A stretch of 64,000 bases of DNA from assembly GCA_019414265.1 (NCBI GenBank), contig DXMJ01000008.1:8540-72539 (forward strand), read 5' to 3'. Source of the DNA: Collinsella sp. GTDB lineage: Bacteria > Actinomycetota > Coriobacteriia > Coriobacteriales > Coriobacteriaceae. The notes under the pieces were generated by a model, which saw nothing but the letters and a program-made list of their open reading frames with translations, was not told the origin of the DNA and ran no database searches. The position numbers were made by a program, and so were the translations under genes. Shown one piece after another: positions 49,512-58,412 of this stretch; the first letter of the stretch is position 1; every line of letters starts with the position of its first letter.

Positions 49512-50288
49512 CTAGGGAGCGGATGGCCGGGGCGGAGATTCCGGTTCAGAGTCAGAGAAGAAGAGGTGAAGGCTTGAGCCCCGGTGGAGGGAATTAGTGC
49601 CTTCCCGGGCGTAGCGCCATGTCTACTCCACGGTATCGCCCGGAACCTTTACGTCCCCGCTTCGGAGCAGATTGATGAAACCCTCGGGGTCGTTCCGGTA
49701 TTTCTTGCCGAAGGCTGCGGAAAGCTGCCTCTTCTCGTCATCGCTGAATTCGCGTACGGAGCCGTAGAGCGCATGCTCGAGGTTGCGGGACATGAAGTAG
49801 ACTCTGTAGGGGACTGCGTGTTTTCTGTGCTTGAGCTCGCGCGTGCCCGCGAGCTCAAGCAGCGCGGCAGACTTTCTCTCGTTTCTGTCTACCACCCTAG
49901 CGGTGTCCCGGGCGGTGATAGAGTCGCGGCCATAGACGAATCCATCGCAGTCCCCCTCGACGATGCACTCGTTCGGTATGAAGGCGCCGTCCAGGTCGAC
50001 GATGTGGATGATCCGGTCGAGGTCGGTCCATTCGTACTCGTGCCGCGACGCGATGCGGTCGACGACGAACTGGCGCACGGTGTCGCGCACCCTGTCCTTG
50101 ACGGCGAAGGAGGCCTCCCATGAGAAGGGTCGCACCGTGGTAACGTCGCAGTGGAAGGCGAGCGCCCTCGCCTCGGGCGGTGCACCGTTTGCGGCGAAGT
50201 TGAGCGCGGCCTGCATGGGCTCGAGGAGCGCGTTTTCATCGCTCGGCCCCTCCACGAGAATCAGGACGACCCGCTTCTCCCTTGCCAT
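49512..50288 (-). pseudogene. TOPRIM-like protein (putative nuclease effector) with in-frame TAG at 49623-49625
   Basis: LILVEGPSDE and IVDLDG (E and DxD TOPRIM-type acidic motifs), YFMSRNLEH; frame continues past the TAG as TWRYAREGTNSLHRGSSLHLFF...SAP* to 49512. Confidence 0.65.
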
Positions 50289-50290
50289 GG

Positions 50291-51817
50291 TCACTCGCCT
50301 CCCATGGAGGACAGAAGGGAGTCGAAGTCGAGGGCCTGGGGGCTTCCAGCCTCAAGGAGGGCGGAGCCTATCGCGGAGGTTCTGGTCGGCTCGTACAGCT
50401 GTTCCTTCTGCCCCCCGAGGTTGATGGCTCTCAGGTATTGGTTCCTGAGGTTGTTCGAGGGTGCCATGCCCCGGAACCCGATGTAGCGGTTGTTGGGGTT
50501 GGAGGTCGAGAAGACGAGGCATCCGACCGGGAGACATTCAAGCGCTCGCAGGTTGTGAGCGGTGAAGATGAGCTGGCCCTTGCCCTGCTCGGTCACGACT
50601 TCGAGGAGCTCGCCGAGCAGGAACTCGAACACTCCGGAGTCGATCTCGTCAACGACGAGACAGGCGCTGTCGTCATTGAAGACGTTTATCAGCCAGCCGA
50701 GCATCGATGCGATCTTCTTGATTCCTTCCGATTCTGTTCTGAAGGGGACGCGTACCCCCTGCCGGCATGATAGGAGCTCGACGCGCTCGCCCGGTGTGCC
50801 GTCTTCCATCGTTTCGCCGTGGAGGGTGTTCACTTGGATGCTGAGTCCCGGAACGATTGCCCCAAGCGCGCAGTTGATGGTCTCGACGGTCTTGCGGACC
50901 GAGTCGCAGACTTCTGAGGGGAGGACCGTTGTCTGATCGATAGGGAGTGACACGTCGCGGATGACAGGGGCCTTTCCGGCCTCCTCGGGTGACCATCCGC
51001 CTGTGCTGCTGCCCGGGGAGGCGAGGAGGAAGATGTTGAACGCCAGCGCCGCGCTTCGGCGCGTGTCACAGACCCTCATCTTATCGTCGGCGAACCTGTT
51101 CAGGAGCGTCGTGGAGTCCATGAGTGGAACCAATACGCTCTCGTACGCCGTCCTCGCCGCCTCGGATAGGGAGTTATTTCCGAGGCGCTCGAGATAGGAC
51201 TTTCTCGCGGCGACCGCGAAGGCGACCATGGCGTTCGAGAACAGCTTCGAGGAGCCCTGCAGGTCGGGGGAGCGCCGTGCGACGGTGAGGTCGAGGTCGG
51301 CCTCCCTTCCGGCGAGATTTCTGAGTGCCCGCCACCTGTTGACGGGCTTCAGGTTCTGGCTGTCCTCGGTATCGGCCGCATCGTAGGCGGCGAGCCTTCT
51401 CTTGACGAGCCCCTCGGCGCGGACGGAGAGGTCCTCGGAGAGGAGGCGCGGTCTGTCGTCGAGCCTGTCGAAGGAGAACGAGTAGCAAACTGTGAAGGGC
51501 TTCCCGGCCGCTACGGTGCCGCCGAGCCCGCCTACGAAGCCGAGCGAGGAAGGGGAAGCCTCCGTCACCTCGACCTCGATGCTGATTTTGGCGCACTCGG
51601 CAGAGGGGCCGATCAGATCGACGCTTTCACGGTCGAGCGGAAAGCCGCACATCAAATCCTGGACTCGCGCGAGGGATTCGACGACGGCGGTCTTGCCCGA
51701 TCCGTTCTGACCGTATATTCCCATCACGCTGGAACCGAAGGGGCTGTCCTTGAAGCCGATCGTGCCGTTAGCAACGTTTTTCACATTTGAGAGCTCTATG
51801 GAGCGAATACGGATCAT
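50291..51817 (-). CDS. ABC-type (AAA_21/AbiEii-like) ATPase
   Basis: Walker A GQNGSGKT, signature-like ESEGIKK, Walker B/D-loop VVDEIDSG, H-loop FTAHN; AAGGAGG RBS; no TM segments. Confidence 0.88.
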   Translation of the reverse strand: MIRIRSIELSNVKNVANGTIGFKDSPFGSSVMGIYGQNGSGKTAVVESLARVQDLMCGFPLDRESVDLIGPSAECAKISIEVEVTEASPSSLGFVGGLGGTVAAGKPFTVCYSFSFDRLDDRPRLLSEDLSVRAEGLVKRRLAAYDAADTEDSQNLKPVNRWRALRNLAGREADLDLTVARRSPDLQGSSKLFSNAMVAFAVAARKSYLERLGNNSLSEAARTAYESVLVPLMDSTTLLNRFADDKMRVCDTRRSAALAFNIFLLASPGSSTGGWSPEEAGKAPVIRDVSLPIDQTTVLPSEVCDSVRKTVETINCALGAIVPGLSIQVNTLHGETMEDGTPGERVELLSCRQGVRVPFRTESEGIKKIASMLGWLINVFNDDSACLVVDEIDSGVFEFLLGELLEVVTEQGKGQLIFTAHNLRALECLPVGCLVFSTSNPNNRYIGFRGMAPSNNLRNQYLRAINLGGQKEQLYEPTRTSAIGSALLEAGSPQALDFDSLLSSMGGE

Positions 51818-52000
51818 GGTGCCCTCCTTGAACACAATTTATATTACTATATATCGAATAATCGATATAAAATCAAGATAACAATTATTAAGAATGGAAA
51901 TGAGATCAACCAATAATTAAAACAAATTTGCATTCAAGCTATTATTTTTACTTGATTTAAGACGGAGTGGAATGTGAGCGCACAAGGAGATGCGGAATCG

Positions 52001-52627
52001 ATGAGAGCCTCGAAAAAAATTACTGCAGTGTTATCATCTTTCATCCTCTCTATTCTTCCATTTCTGATTCTATGGGCGGCTTGGTCAGCCCTCCCTGATA
52101 CAATTCCCGCTCATTGGAGTGGGGGTGTGGTTGATCGATGGGGTAATAAGCTTGAATTGCTGGTTGTTCCGCTGTTTTCTCTGATTGGTTCTATTGCAAT
52201 TTCTGTGTACCTTATTGTTTCCACGCGGCGAAGAGAGTTCGCGGATTTCTCTGTTCGAATGCGACGGGACTTTCTTGCGTGCTATATTTCTAGCCTTCTT
52301 TTATCGACAACCTGCTCAGTGATAATTGCCGTTTGGGTTCAGTTGATTCTTACGCAAAACACTGCGGTTGATGGGGGGCTTGGACTATCGATCCTGTATT
52401 CCCTTCCCGGGCTATATGTGATCTTGTGCGCTTTGCCGCCTTTTTATGCGAGCGGCGAGAGCAAAAAGGCAGAGCGCCTGATAACAGTTCTTATTGGCGG
52501 CGCGGAGATTGTTCTTTGTGGAATAGTGTTTGAAGGTTCGGCTGCCTCTTATGCGATGATTGGACTGATGATTCTGTTCTGTGCGTTTGAGATTGTGTCA
52601 CAGGTAAGGGATAACCGGTCCTTATGA
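52001..52627 (+). CDS. DUF1648 / SdpI-like membrane protein
   Basis: LPDTIPAHW...VDRWGNK motif; multiple TM segments; visibly lower GC than the flanks. Confidence 0.8.
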   Translation: MRASKKITAVLSSFILSILPFLILWAAWSALPDTIPAHWSGGVVDRWGNKLELLVVPLFSLIGSIAISVYLIVSTRRREFADFSVRMRRDFLACYISSLLLSTTCSVIIAVWVQLILTQNTAVDGGLGLSILYSLPGLYVILCALPPFYASGESKKAERLITVLIGGAEIVLCGIVFEGSAASYAMIGLMILFCAFEIVSQVRDNRSL

Positions 52628-53121
52628 GTTGAATTACGCGCGTGCGGATATAAAGGTTGGCATGTTAAGCTGGTCGTTTTCTCGTTCTGGGACATTTGCA
52701 GTAGGATGAGTGGGACTAGGCGCGCTGCGGTGTGATGGTTGAGACTTGTATCGCTGCAATTCCGCTGATGCACATTTTGCTATTGGGCTTGAAGGTGGGA
52801 CCGACAGGCCTTTGTTTGGGATGTTCTGGTCGTCCAACGCGTGTTGCACGGCTTTATATTGTTACGCTCGTTCGGCGCTCCGTTGGAGCATTTCCGGGTT
52901 TGTCGGCATCATGACTTGACCAAGTGACACGCTTGCCGGGACGGTTGTAACGCCGCGCCGGTTCCGTGTGCTCCTTCGTTGTTGGCCTGTCCAGCCGGGG
53001 GCGGATTCGGCCTCATGTTGTGGCGCACGGCCTTCAGGGGCTTCCCCTGGCGAGCTATGTTCGTCCGTATGGGTAAGGGTCGGTTTGAGCTGACAATCCC
53101 GTGCCGGAAGAGGCTTGCACC

Positions 53122-53544
53122 ATGCGTACGATGATAGAGATTGAGTGGCTGGACGGCCGTATGACGAAGGTGCCGGAGCTCGTCCTGGGCGATGCGTTCG
53201 GCGAGAGCGTCCAGGCGGAGCTCGATTTCGGGTTCGATGACGTGTCGGAGGGCCTTTGGGTCGAGGTGCGCCATCACGAGCCGGATGAGGGCTCGGGCGG
53301 CGACCCGCGCGGGAGGGGCTGCGCGCTGTACGCGGACTGCCGGTGCAGCCTGGTCGAACCGTCGGACCTCGAGCGCGTCTTCTGCATCCTTTACGAGGGG
53401 CAGCCGAGGGTCTGCCGCGTCGCGGGGGAGCTAGGGGTCCCCGTGTCGGCGGTGAACGCGGCCGCTGCGTGGGAATCCGGGATGGGGGCGGGTTTCGAAA
53501 CGCCTGCGGAGGGGAGAACCCCGTTGGGCGGGGACTATTCGTGA
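53122..53544 (+). CDS. Hypothetical protein
   Basis: Open frame with host-like GC3 bias and GAAGAGG upstream; no recognisable family. Confidence 0.5.
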   Translation: MRTMIEIEWLDGRMTKVPELVLGDAFGESVQAELDFGFDDVSEGLWVEVRHHEPDEGSGGDPRGRGCALYADCRCSLVEPSDLERVFCILYEGQPRVCRVAGELGVPVSAVNAAAAWESGMGAGFETPAEGRTPLGGDYS

Positions 53545-53582
53545 TGCTACTGGCGTTGAGTTTTGAGCGATTGCGTTTGGCG

Positions 53583-54161
53583 TTACAGCGCCAAAATCCC
53601 CAGATGCTCAAGCAAGATCTTAAGCCCGATGAGGATGAGCACGATGCCGCCCACGATGGTGGCAGGTTTTTCGTAGCGCGCGCCAAAGGTGTGGCCGATC
53701 GCTACGCCGGCGATGGAGAAGATAAACGTTGTGACGCCGATAAGCGATACAGCGGGAACGATGTCAACCGAGAGCGCCGCAAATGAGATGCCTACGGCTA
53801 GGGCGTCGATTGAGGTGGCGATGGCGAGGATCAGGTACTCGCCCAGGTCAATCTTTTCGGCATCCTTGCCGTCGCCTTCATTCTCGTCCTCGGTAAAGGC
53901 TTCCCACAGCATTTTGCCGCCGATAAAGGCCAAAAGGATAAAGGCGATCCAATGGTCGATGGGTCCGATGATGCCCATGAATTGACTGCCAAGCGCCCAT
54001 CCGATTACGGGCATGCCGGCCTGAAAGCCGCCAAAGAACAGGCCGAGCACCGCGGCGACTTTAAGGTCGATCTTCTTCATGCCAAGGCCCTTGCAGATGG
54101 ATACGGCAAAGGCGTCCATCGAAAGGCCAACGGCGAGCAGCACGAGCTCTGCGAGTCCCAT
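53583..54161 (-). CDS. mntP: Manganese efflux pump MntP
   Basis: AVGLSMDAFAVSI, DHWIAF and AIATSIDALAVG motifs; yybP-ykoY riboswitch upstream. Confidence 0.93.
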   Translation of the reverse strand: MGLAELVLLAVGLSMDAFAVSICKGLGMKKIDLKVAAVLGLFFGGFQAGMPVIGWALGSQFMGIIGPIDHWIAFILLAFIGGKMLWEAFTEDENEGDGKDAEKIDLGEYLILAIATSIDALAVGISFAALSVDIVPAVSLIGVTTFIFSIAGVAIGHTFGARYEKPATIVGGIVLILIGLKILLEHLGILAL

Positions 54162-54213
54162 AGTCTGACTCCCTCTCTGCGGGCGGGCCCGCGTGTACCT
54201 CTTGGGGGAGTAA

Positions 54214-54350
54214 CAAAAAAGACCCGTGGCGTACGCGTTGCGCGCACAGCCACGAGTCTCGTTCATTAAGGCAAGCCAGGCCGCATCGGCCAGTGTGTTG
54301 ACTTACCGCGCCACCGGAGGCGAACCCGGTCACGCGACTACTCCCTCATT
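54214..54350 (-). ncRNA. yybP-ykoY manganese riboswitch with terminator expression platform
   Basis: Reverse strand GAGGGAGTAG...GTCAACACAC...ACGAGACTC, then GACTCGTGGC...GCCACGGGTC-TTTTTT; upstream of mntP. Confidence 0.88.
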
Positions 54351-54519
54351 CATGTGAATCCCGATGCTACCACATAAGCAGCTCATTTGGGTTGGGGCTC
54401 TTTTGACTACCCCAGCGGTGTTCGCTCATTCTGTAAGCATCGGATTTCGCAAGCGCTGCGGGGGCAAACCGTGAGAAACTATTTAGCGTTTATGGAGCGT
54501 ATACGATGGGAGCGATGCC

Positions 54520-55587
54520 TTGGATAAGAACGAGCTGCAAAAGCGTATGGAACAGGCTATTCGCCTGACTGCCCCCGGCCAGCCGATCCGCACCGCCCTC
54601 GACATGATCATTGCTGGTCACCTGGGCGCTCTTATTTGCGTCGGCGACACCGAAAACGTACTCGCTGCCGGTAACGACGGCTTCCCGCTCAACATTTCGT
54701 TTACCTCGAACCGCCTGTTCGAGCTTTCCAAGATGGACGGTGCCATCGTCATCGATGGCGACCTCACCCAGATCCTGCGCGCCAACTTCCACCTCAATCC
54801 CGATCCCTCGCTCGCCACGAGTGAAACGGGCATGCGTCACCGTACTGCCGCTCGCATGTCGGTGCTCACCGACGCCATCGTGATCTCGGTTTCGGCTCGT
54901 CGTGCCGTCGTCAACGTGTACGTCCACGGCAAGAGCTACGAGATCCAGCCCGTCACCACCATCATGAGCTCGGTCAACCAGCTCGTCGCCACGCTCCAGA
55001 CTACCCGTCAGTCGCTCGATCGCTCCCTGCTGCGCCTGACGGCCCTCGAGCTCGACGACTACGTTACGCTCGCCGACATCACCGGCATTTTCTCGAGTTT
55101 CGAGATCATGCAGCAGGCAAAGACTGAGCTTAAGGATTGCATTGTCAAGTTGGGCAACCAGGGCAAGCTCGTGCAGATGCAGCTCGAGCAGCTCGCCGGC
55201 TCCAGCATGGATACCGAGTACGACCTGATGATTCGCGACTACGCGAGCGATTCTTCCGAGGCCAATGCCGAAAAGATCCGCGCCAACCTGAGCCGTATGA
55301 CGCCCAAGGACTTGTCCGACCCGCAGCATGTGGCGGCGGTTCTGGGTTACGACGACCTGGACGAGGACTCCGTCATGACACCGCTGGGCCTGCGCACGCT
55401 TTCGCGCGTGTCCGTCGTGCGCGACGGCGTGGCCGAGAAAATCGTCGACGAGTATGGATCGCTGCAGGAGCTCATGGACGACATCAGCGAGGATCCGGAG
55501 CGCCTGGGCGACTTTGGCGTTAACAACCCTGCCATTCTTGCGGACTCCCTGTACCGCATGAAGGGCACCAAACAGGGGAACGCATAA
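54520..55587 (+). CDS. disA: DNA integrity scanning diadenylate cyclase DisA
   Basis: APGQPIRTALD, ELSKMDGAIV and ETGMRHRTA (DGA and RHR catalytic motifs); TTG start uncertain. Confidence 0.92.
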   Translation: MDKNELQKRMEQAIRLTAPGQPIRTALDMIIAGHLGALICVGDTENVLAAGNDGFPLNISFTSNRLFELSKMDGAIVIDGDLTQILRANFHLNPDPSLATSETGMRHRTAARMSVLTDAIVISVSARRAVVNVYVHGKSYEIQPVTTIMSSVNQLVATLQTTRQSLDRSLLRLTALELDDYVTLADITGIFSSFEIMQQAKTELKDCIVKLGNQGKLVQMQLEQLAGSSMDTEYDLMIRDYASDSSEANAEKIRANLSRMTPKDLSDPQHVAAVLGYDDLDEDSVMTPLGLRTLSRVSVVRDGVAEKIVDEYGSLQELMDDISEDPERLGDFGVNNPAILADSLYRMKGTKQGNA

Positions 55588-56315
55588 TGGCGCCCGTATG
55601 CGCCGTGGTCGTTGCCGGTGGCAGCGGCCAGCGCTTTGGTAACCCCGGTGGCAAGCAGCTCGTCAATGTAGCGGGTCGTCCGCTTATGAGCTGGTCCATC
55701 CGCGCGTTCGATCGTAGCGACAAGGTCGGCCACATCGTGGTGGTGTGCCCTGCCGAGCGCCGTGCCGAGATGCGCCGCCTGGCCATCGACCCGTTTGACT
55801 ATGACACGCCCATCAGTTTTGCCGATGCCGGCGATACCCGCCAGGACTCCACCCGTGCCGGCGTGCATGCGGTACCGGCGGGTTTCGAATATGTCGCCAT
55901 CCACGACGGCGCCCGTCCGCTCATCACGACCGAGGCCATCGATCATGCGATCGACGTGCTTGTGGGCGACCGCTCGCTCGACGGCGTCGTGTGCGGCCAG
56001 CCCGCGATCGACACGCTCAAGATCGTCGACGGCGACAATATCGTCGAGACGCCGCCGCGCGAGCTCTACTGGGCCGCGCAGACGCCGCAGATCTTTAGCG
56101 TCGACGCCATGAAGCGCGCCCACACCGCAGCTATCACCGAGGGCTTTATCGGGACCGACGATTCTTCGCTGGTCGAGCGCATGGGCGCCCGCGTCCGCTG
56201 TGTCCAGAGCCCGCGCGATAACCTTAAGGTGACGGTGCCCGAGGACCTGCGTCCCGTAACCGCGATTCTGCTTGGCCGCATGGCCGAGGGAGAGGACCTT
56301 CCCCATGTTCAGTAA
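55587..56315 (+). CDS. ispD: 2-C-methyl-D-erythritol 4-phosphate cytidylyltransferase
   Basis: AGGSGQRFG...KQ, RQDS, IHDGARP, AQTPQ and TDD motifs. Confidence 0.95.
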   Translation: MAPVCAVVVAGGSGQRFGNPGGKQLVNVAGRPLMSWSIRAFDRSDKVGHIVVVCPAERRAEMRRLAIDPFDYDTPISFADAGDTRQDSTRAGVHAVPAGFEYVAIHDGARPLITTEAIDHAIDVLVGDRSLDGVVCGQPAIDTLKIVDGDNIVETPPRELYWAAQTPQIFSVDAMKRAHTAAITEGFIGTDDSSLVERMGARVRCVQSPRDNLKVTVPEDLRPVTAILLGRMAEGEDLPHVQ

Positions 56316-56799
56316 CCTGCGCATTGGCCACGGCTACGACGTCCACCGTTTGGTGGAGGGGCGTCGATGTATCATCGGCGGGGTCGACATTCCCTACGAG
56401 CGCGGCCTGCTGGGCCACTCGGATGCCGATGTGCTCGCGCATGCCTTGGCCGACGCCATTCTGGGCGCCTGCCGCGGGGGAGACATCGGCAGGCTATTTC
56501 CCGACACCGATCCCGCCTACGAGGGTGCCGATTCGATGGTGCTGCTCGCTCGCGTGATGGACTATGCGCGCGAGCTGGGCTTTGAGTTTGTCGATGCCGA
56601 TTGCACCATTGCCTGTCAGCAACCCAAGATCACTCCGCACCGCGATGCCATGCGCGCCAACCTTGCCCATGCCCTGGGCGTTGACGTCGAAAACGTGGGC
56701 GTCGCCGCCACTACGACCGAAAAGCTCGGTTGGGAAGGCCAGGGCGAGGGAATCGGTGCCTGGGCCGTCTGCCTGCTACAGAAAACCGTTAAGGAGTAA
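56305..56799 (+). CDS. ispF: 2-C-methyl-D-erythritol 2,4-cyclodiphosphate synthase
   Basis: RIGHGYDVH, GHSDADV, GDIG..FPD and ATTTEKLG motifs. Confidence 0.96.
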   Translation: MFSNLRIGHGYDVHRLVEGRRCIIGGVDIPYERGLLGHSDADVLAHALADAILGACRGGDIGRLFPDTDPAYEGADSMVLLARVMDYARELGFEFVDADCTIACQQPKITPHRDAMRANLAHALGVDVENVGVAATTTEKLGWEGQGEGIGAWAVCLLQKTVKE

Positions 56800-56802
56800 C
56801 GA

Positions 56803-58269
56803 ATGCGTATCTACAACAGCGCTACCCATAAAAAGGAAGAGTTCCAGCCCATCGAGTCCGGCAAGGTCCGCATGTACGTGTGCGGCCCCACGGTCTACGA
56901 CAACATCCACATCGGCAATGCCCGCACGTTCATCAGCTTTGACGTGATTCGTCGCTGGCTCATCGCGAGCGGCTACGAGGTCACGTTCGCCCAGAACCTC
57001 ACCGATGTCGATGACAAGATCATCAAGCGCGCCAACGAGCAGGGCCGAACGGCCGCCGAGGTCGCGACGGAGTTCTCCGACAAGTTTATCGGCGTCATGC
57101 GCGCCGCCAACGTGCTCGATCCCGATGTGCGCCCCCGCGCCACCAAGGAGATCGGCCCCATGATCGCCATGATCAAGACGCTTATCGAGCAGGGCCACGC
57201 TTACGCAGCCGATAACGGCGATGTGTACTTTGCCGTGCGCAGCGATCCCAACTATGGTCAGGTCTCGGGCCGCAACATCGACGACCTTATGGTTGGCGCG
57301 CGCATCGAGGAGAACGAGGACAAGAACGATCCGCTCGACTTTGCCCTGTGGAAGGCCGCTAAGCCCGGCGAACCCAGCTGGCCGAGCCCCTGGGGCGAAG
57401 GCCGTCCCGGTTGGCACACCGAGTGCGCCGCCATGGTGCATCGCTACCTGGGCACTCCGATCGACATCCACGGCGGCGGCTCCGACCTTGCCTTCCCGCA
57501 TCACGAGAACGAGTGCGCTCAGGCCACCTGCGCCTGGCACCAGGGCTTCTCCAACACCTGGATGCACACGGGCATGCTGCTGGTCGACGGCGAGAAGATG
57601 TCCAAGTCGCTCGGAAACTTCTTTACGCTGGCCGAGGTGCTCGAACAGCACTCTGCCGCGGCCCTGCGCCTGCTGATGCTGCAGACGAGTTATCGCTCGC
57701 CGCTTGACTTCTCCTGGGAGCGTCTGGATGGTGCCGAGAACTCGCTCACACGCATTGCCGGTACGGTCGAGAACCTGCGCTGGGCCGCGAACCATGCGAC
57801 GGCCGATGCCGATGAGGCAGCATCCGAGGCGTTTGCCGCTAAGGCCGCCGAGGCCCGTGCCGCCTTTAAGGAGTGCATGGACGACGACTTTAACACTGCC
57901 GGTGCCATGGGTGCTGTCTTTGGCTTTGTGACCGAGTGCAACCAGTACCTGGAGCAGGCGGGCGACGCTGCCGACAAGGCCGCTGCGCTTGCTGCTGCCG
58001 ATACGCTGGTCGAGCTGCTCGATACGTTTGGCGTCGAGCTCCCCGAGCCCAAGGTCGAGTTGCCGCTGGGCCTGCTGGGCGTTGCCGCCGGCCTGGTCGC
58101 CTACACGGGTGACGACGTGGACGAGGCCGCTGCCAAGATTCTCGAGGCCCGTGCCGAGGCCCGTGCCGCCAAGAACTGGGATCTGGCCGACGCCATCCGC
58201 GACCAGCTCAAGGACCTGGGCCTGACGATTGAAGATACGGCCGCGGGTACTCGTATTAAGAGTCTCTAG
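56803..58269 (+). CDS. cysS: Cysteine--tRNA ligase
   Basis: CGPTVY, HIGN, GRPGWHTEC, FPHHENE and KMSKS motifs. Confidence 0.97.
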   Translation: MRIYNSATHKKEEFQPIESGKVRMYVCGPTVYDNIHIGNARTFISFDVIRRWLIASGYEVTFAQNLTDVDDKIIKRANEQGRTAAEVATEFSDKFIGVMRAANVLDPDVRPRATKEIGPMIAMIKTLIEQGHAYAADNGDVYFAVRSDPNYGQVSGRNIDDLMVGARIEENEDKNDPLDFALWKAAKPGEPSWPSPWGEGRPGWHTECAAMVHRYLGTPIDIHGGGSDLAFPHHENECAQATCAWHQGFSNTWMHTGMLLVDGEKMSKSLGNFFTLAEVLEQHSAAALRLLMLQTSYRSPLDFSWERLDGAENSLTRIAGTVENLRWAANHATADADEAASEAFAAKAAEARAAFKECMDDDFNTAGAMGAVFGFVTECNQYLEQAGDAADKAAALAAADTLVELLDTFGVELPEPKVELPLGLLGVAAGLVAYTGDDVDEAAAKILEARAEARAAKNWDLADAIRDQLKDLGLTIEDTAAGTRIKSL

Positions 58270-58412
58270 TATTTGTCGACCGTTCGAGGTGCGGCAGATT
58301 GCCTTGAAAGAGGAGGGCATAGACCTGGTGGTCATGCCCAACGATTGAAAGGCAAGGTGCCGTGGCTCGGACGGTCGATTCTTGTTCGTTATCTATTTAA
58401 GGAGGCCGTTTT

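Noticed and set aside
49321..49515. 64 aa ORF convergent on the TOPRIM-like gene
   Set aside because: TTG start with no RBS and no recognisable motif; at most a gene remnant.
49200..53580. Prophage or ICE call for the accessory islet
   Set aside because: No integrase, transposase, relaxase, phage genes or flanking direct repeats recognised.
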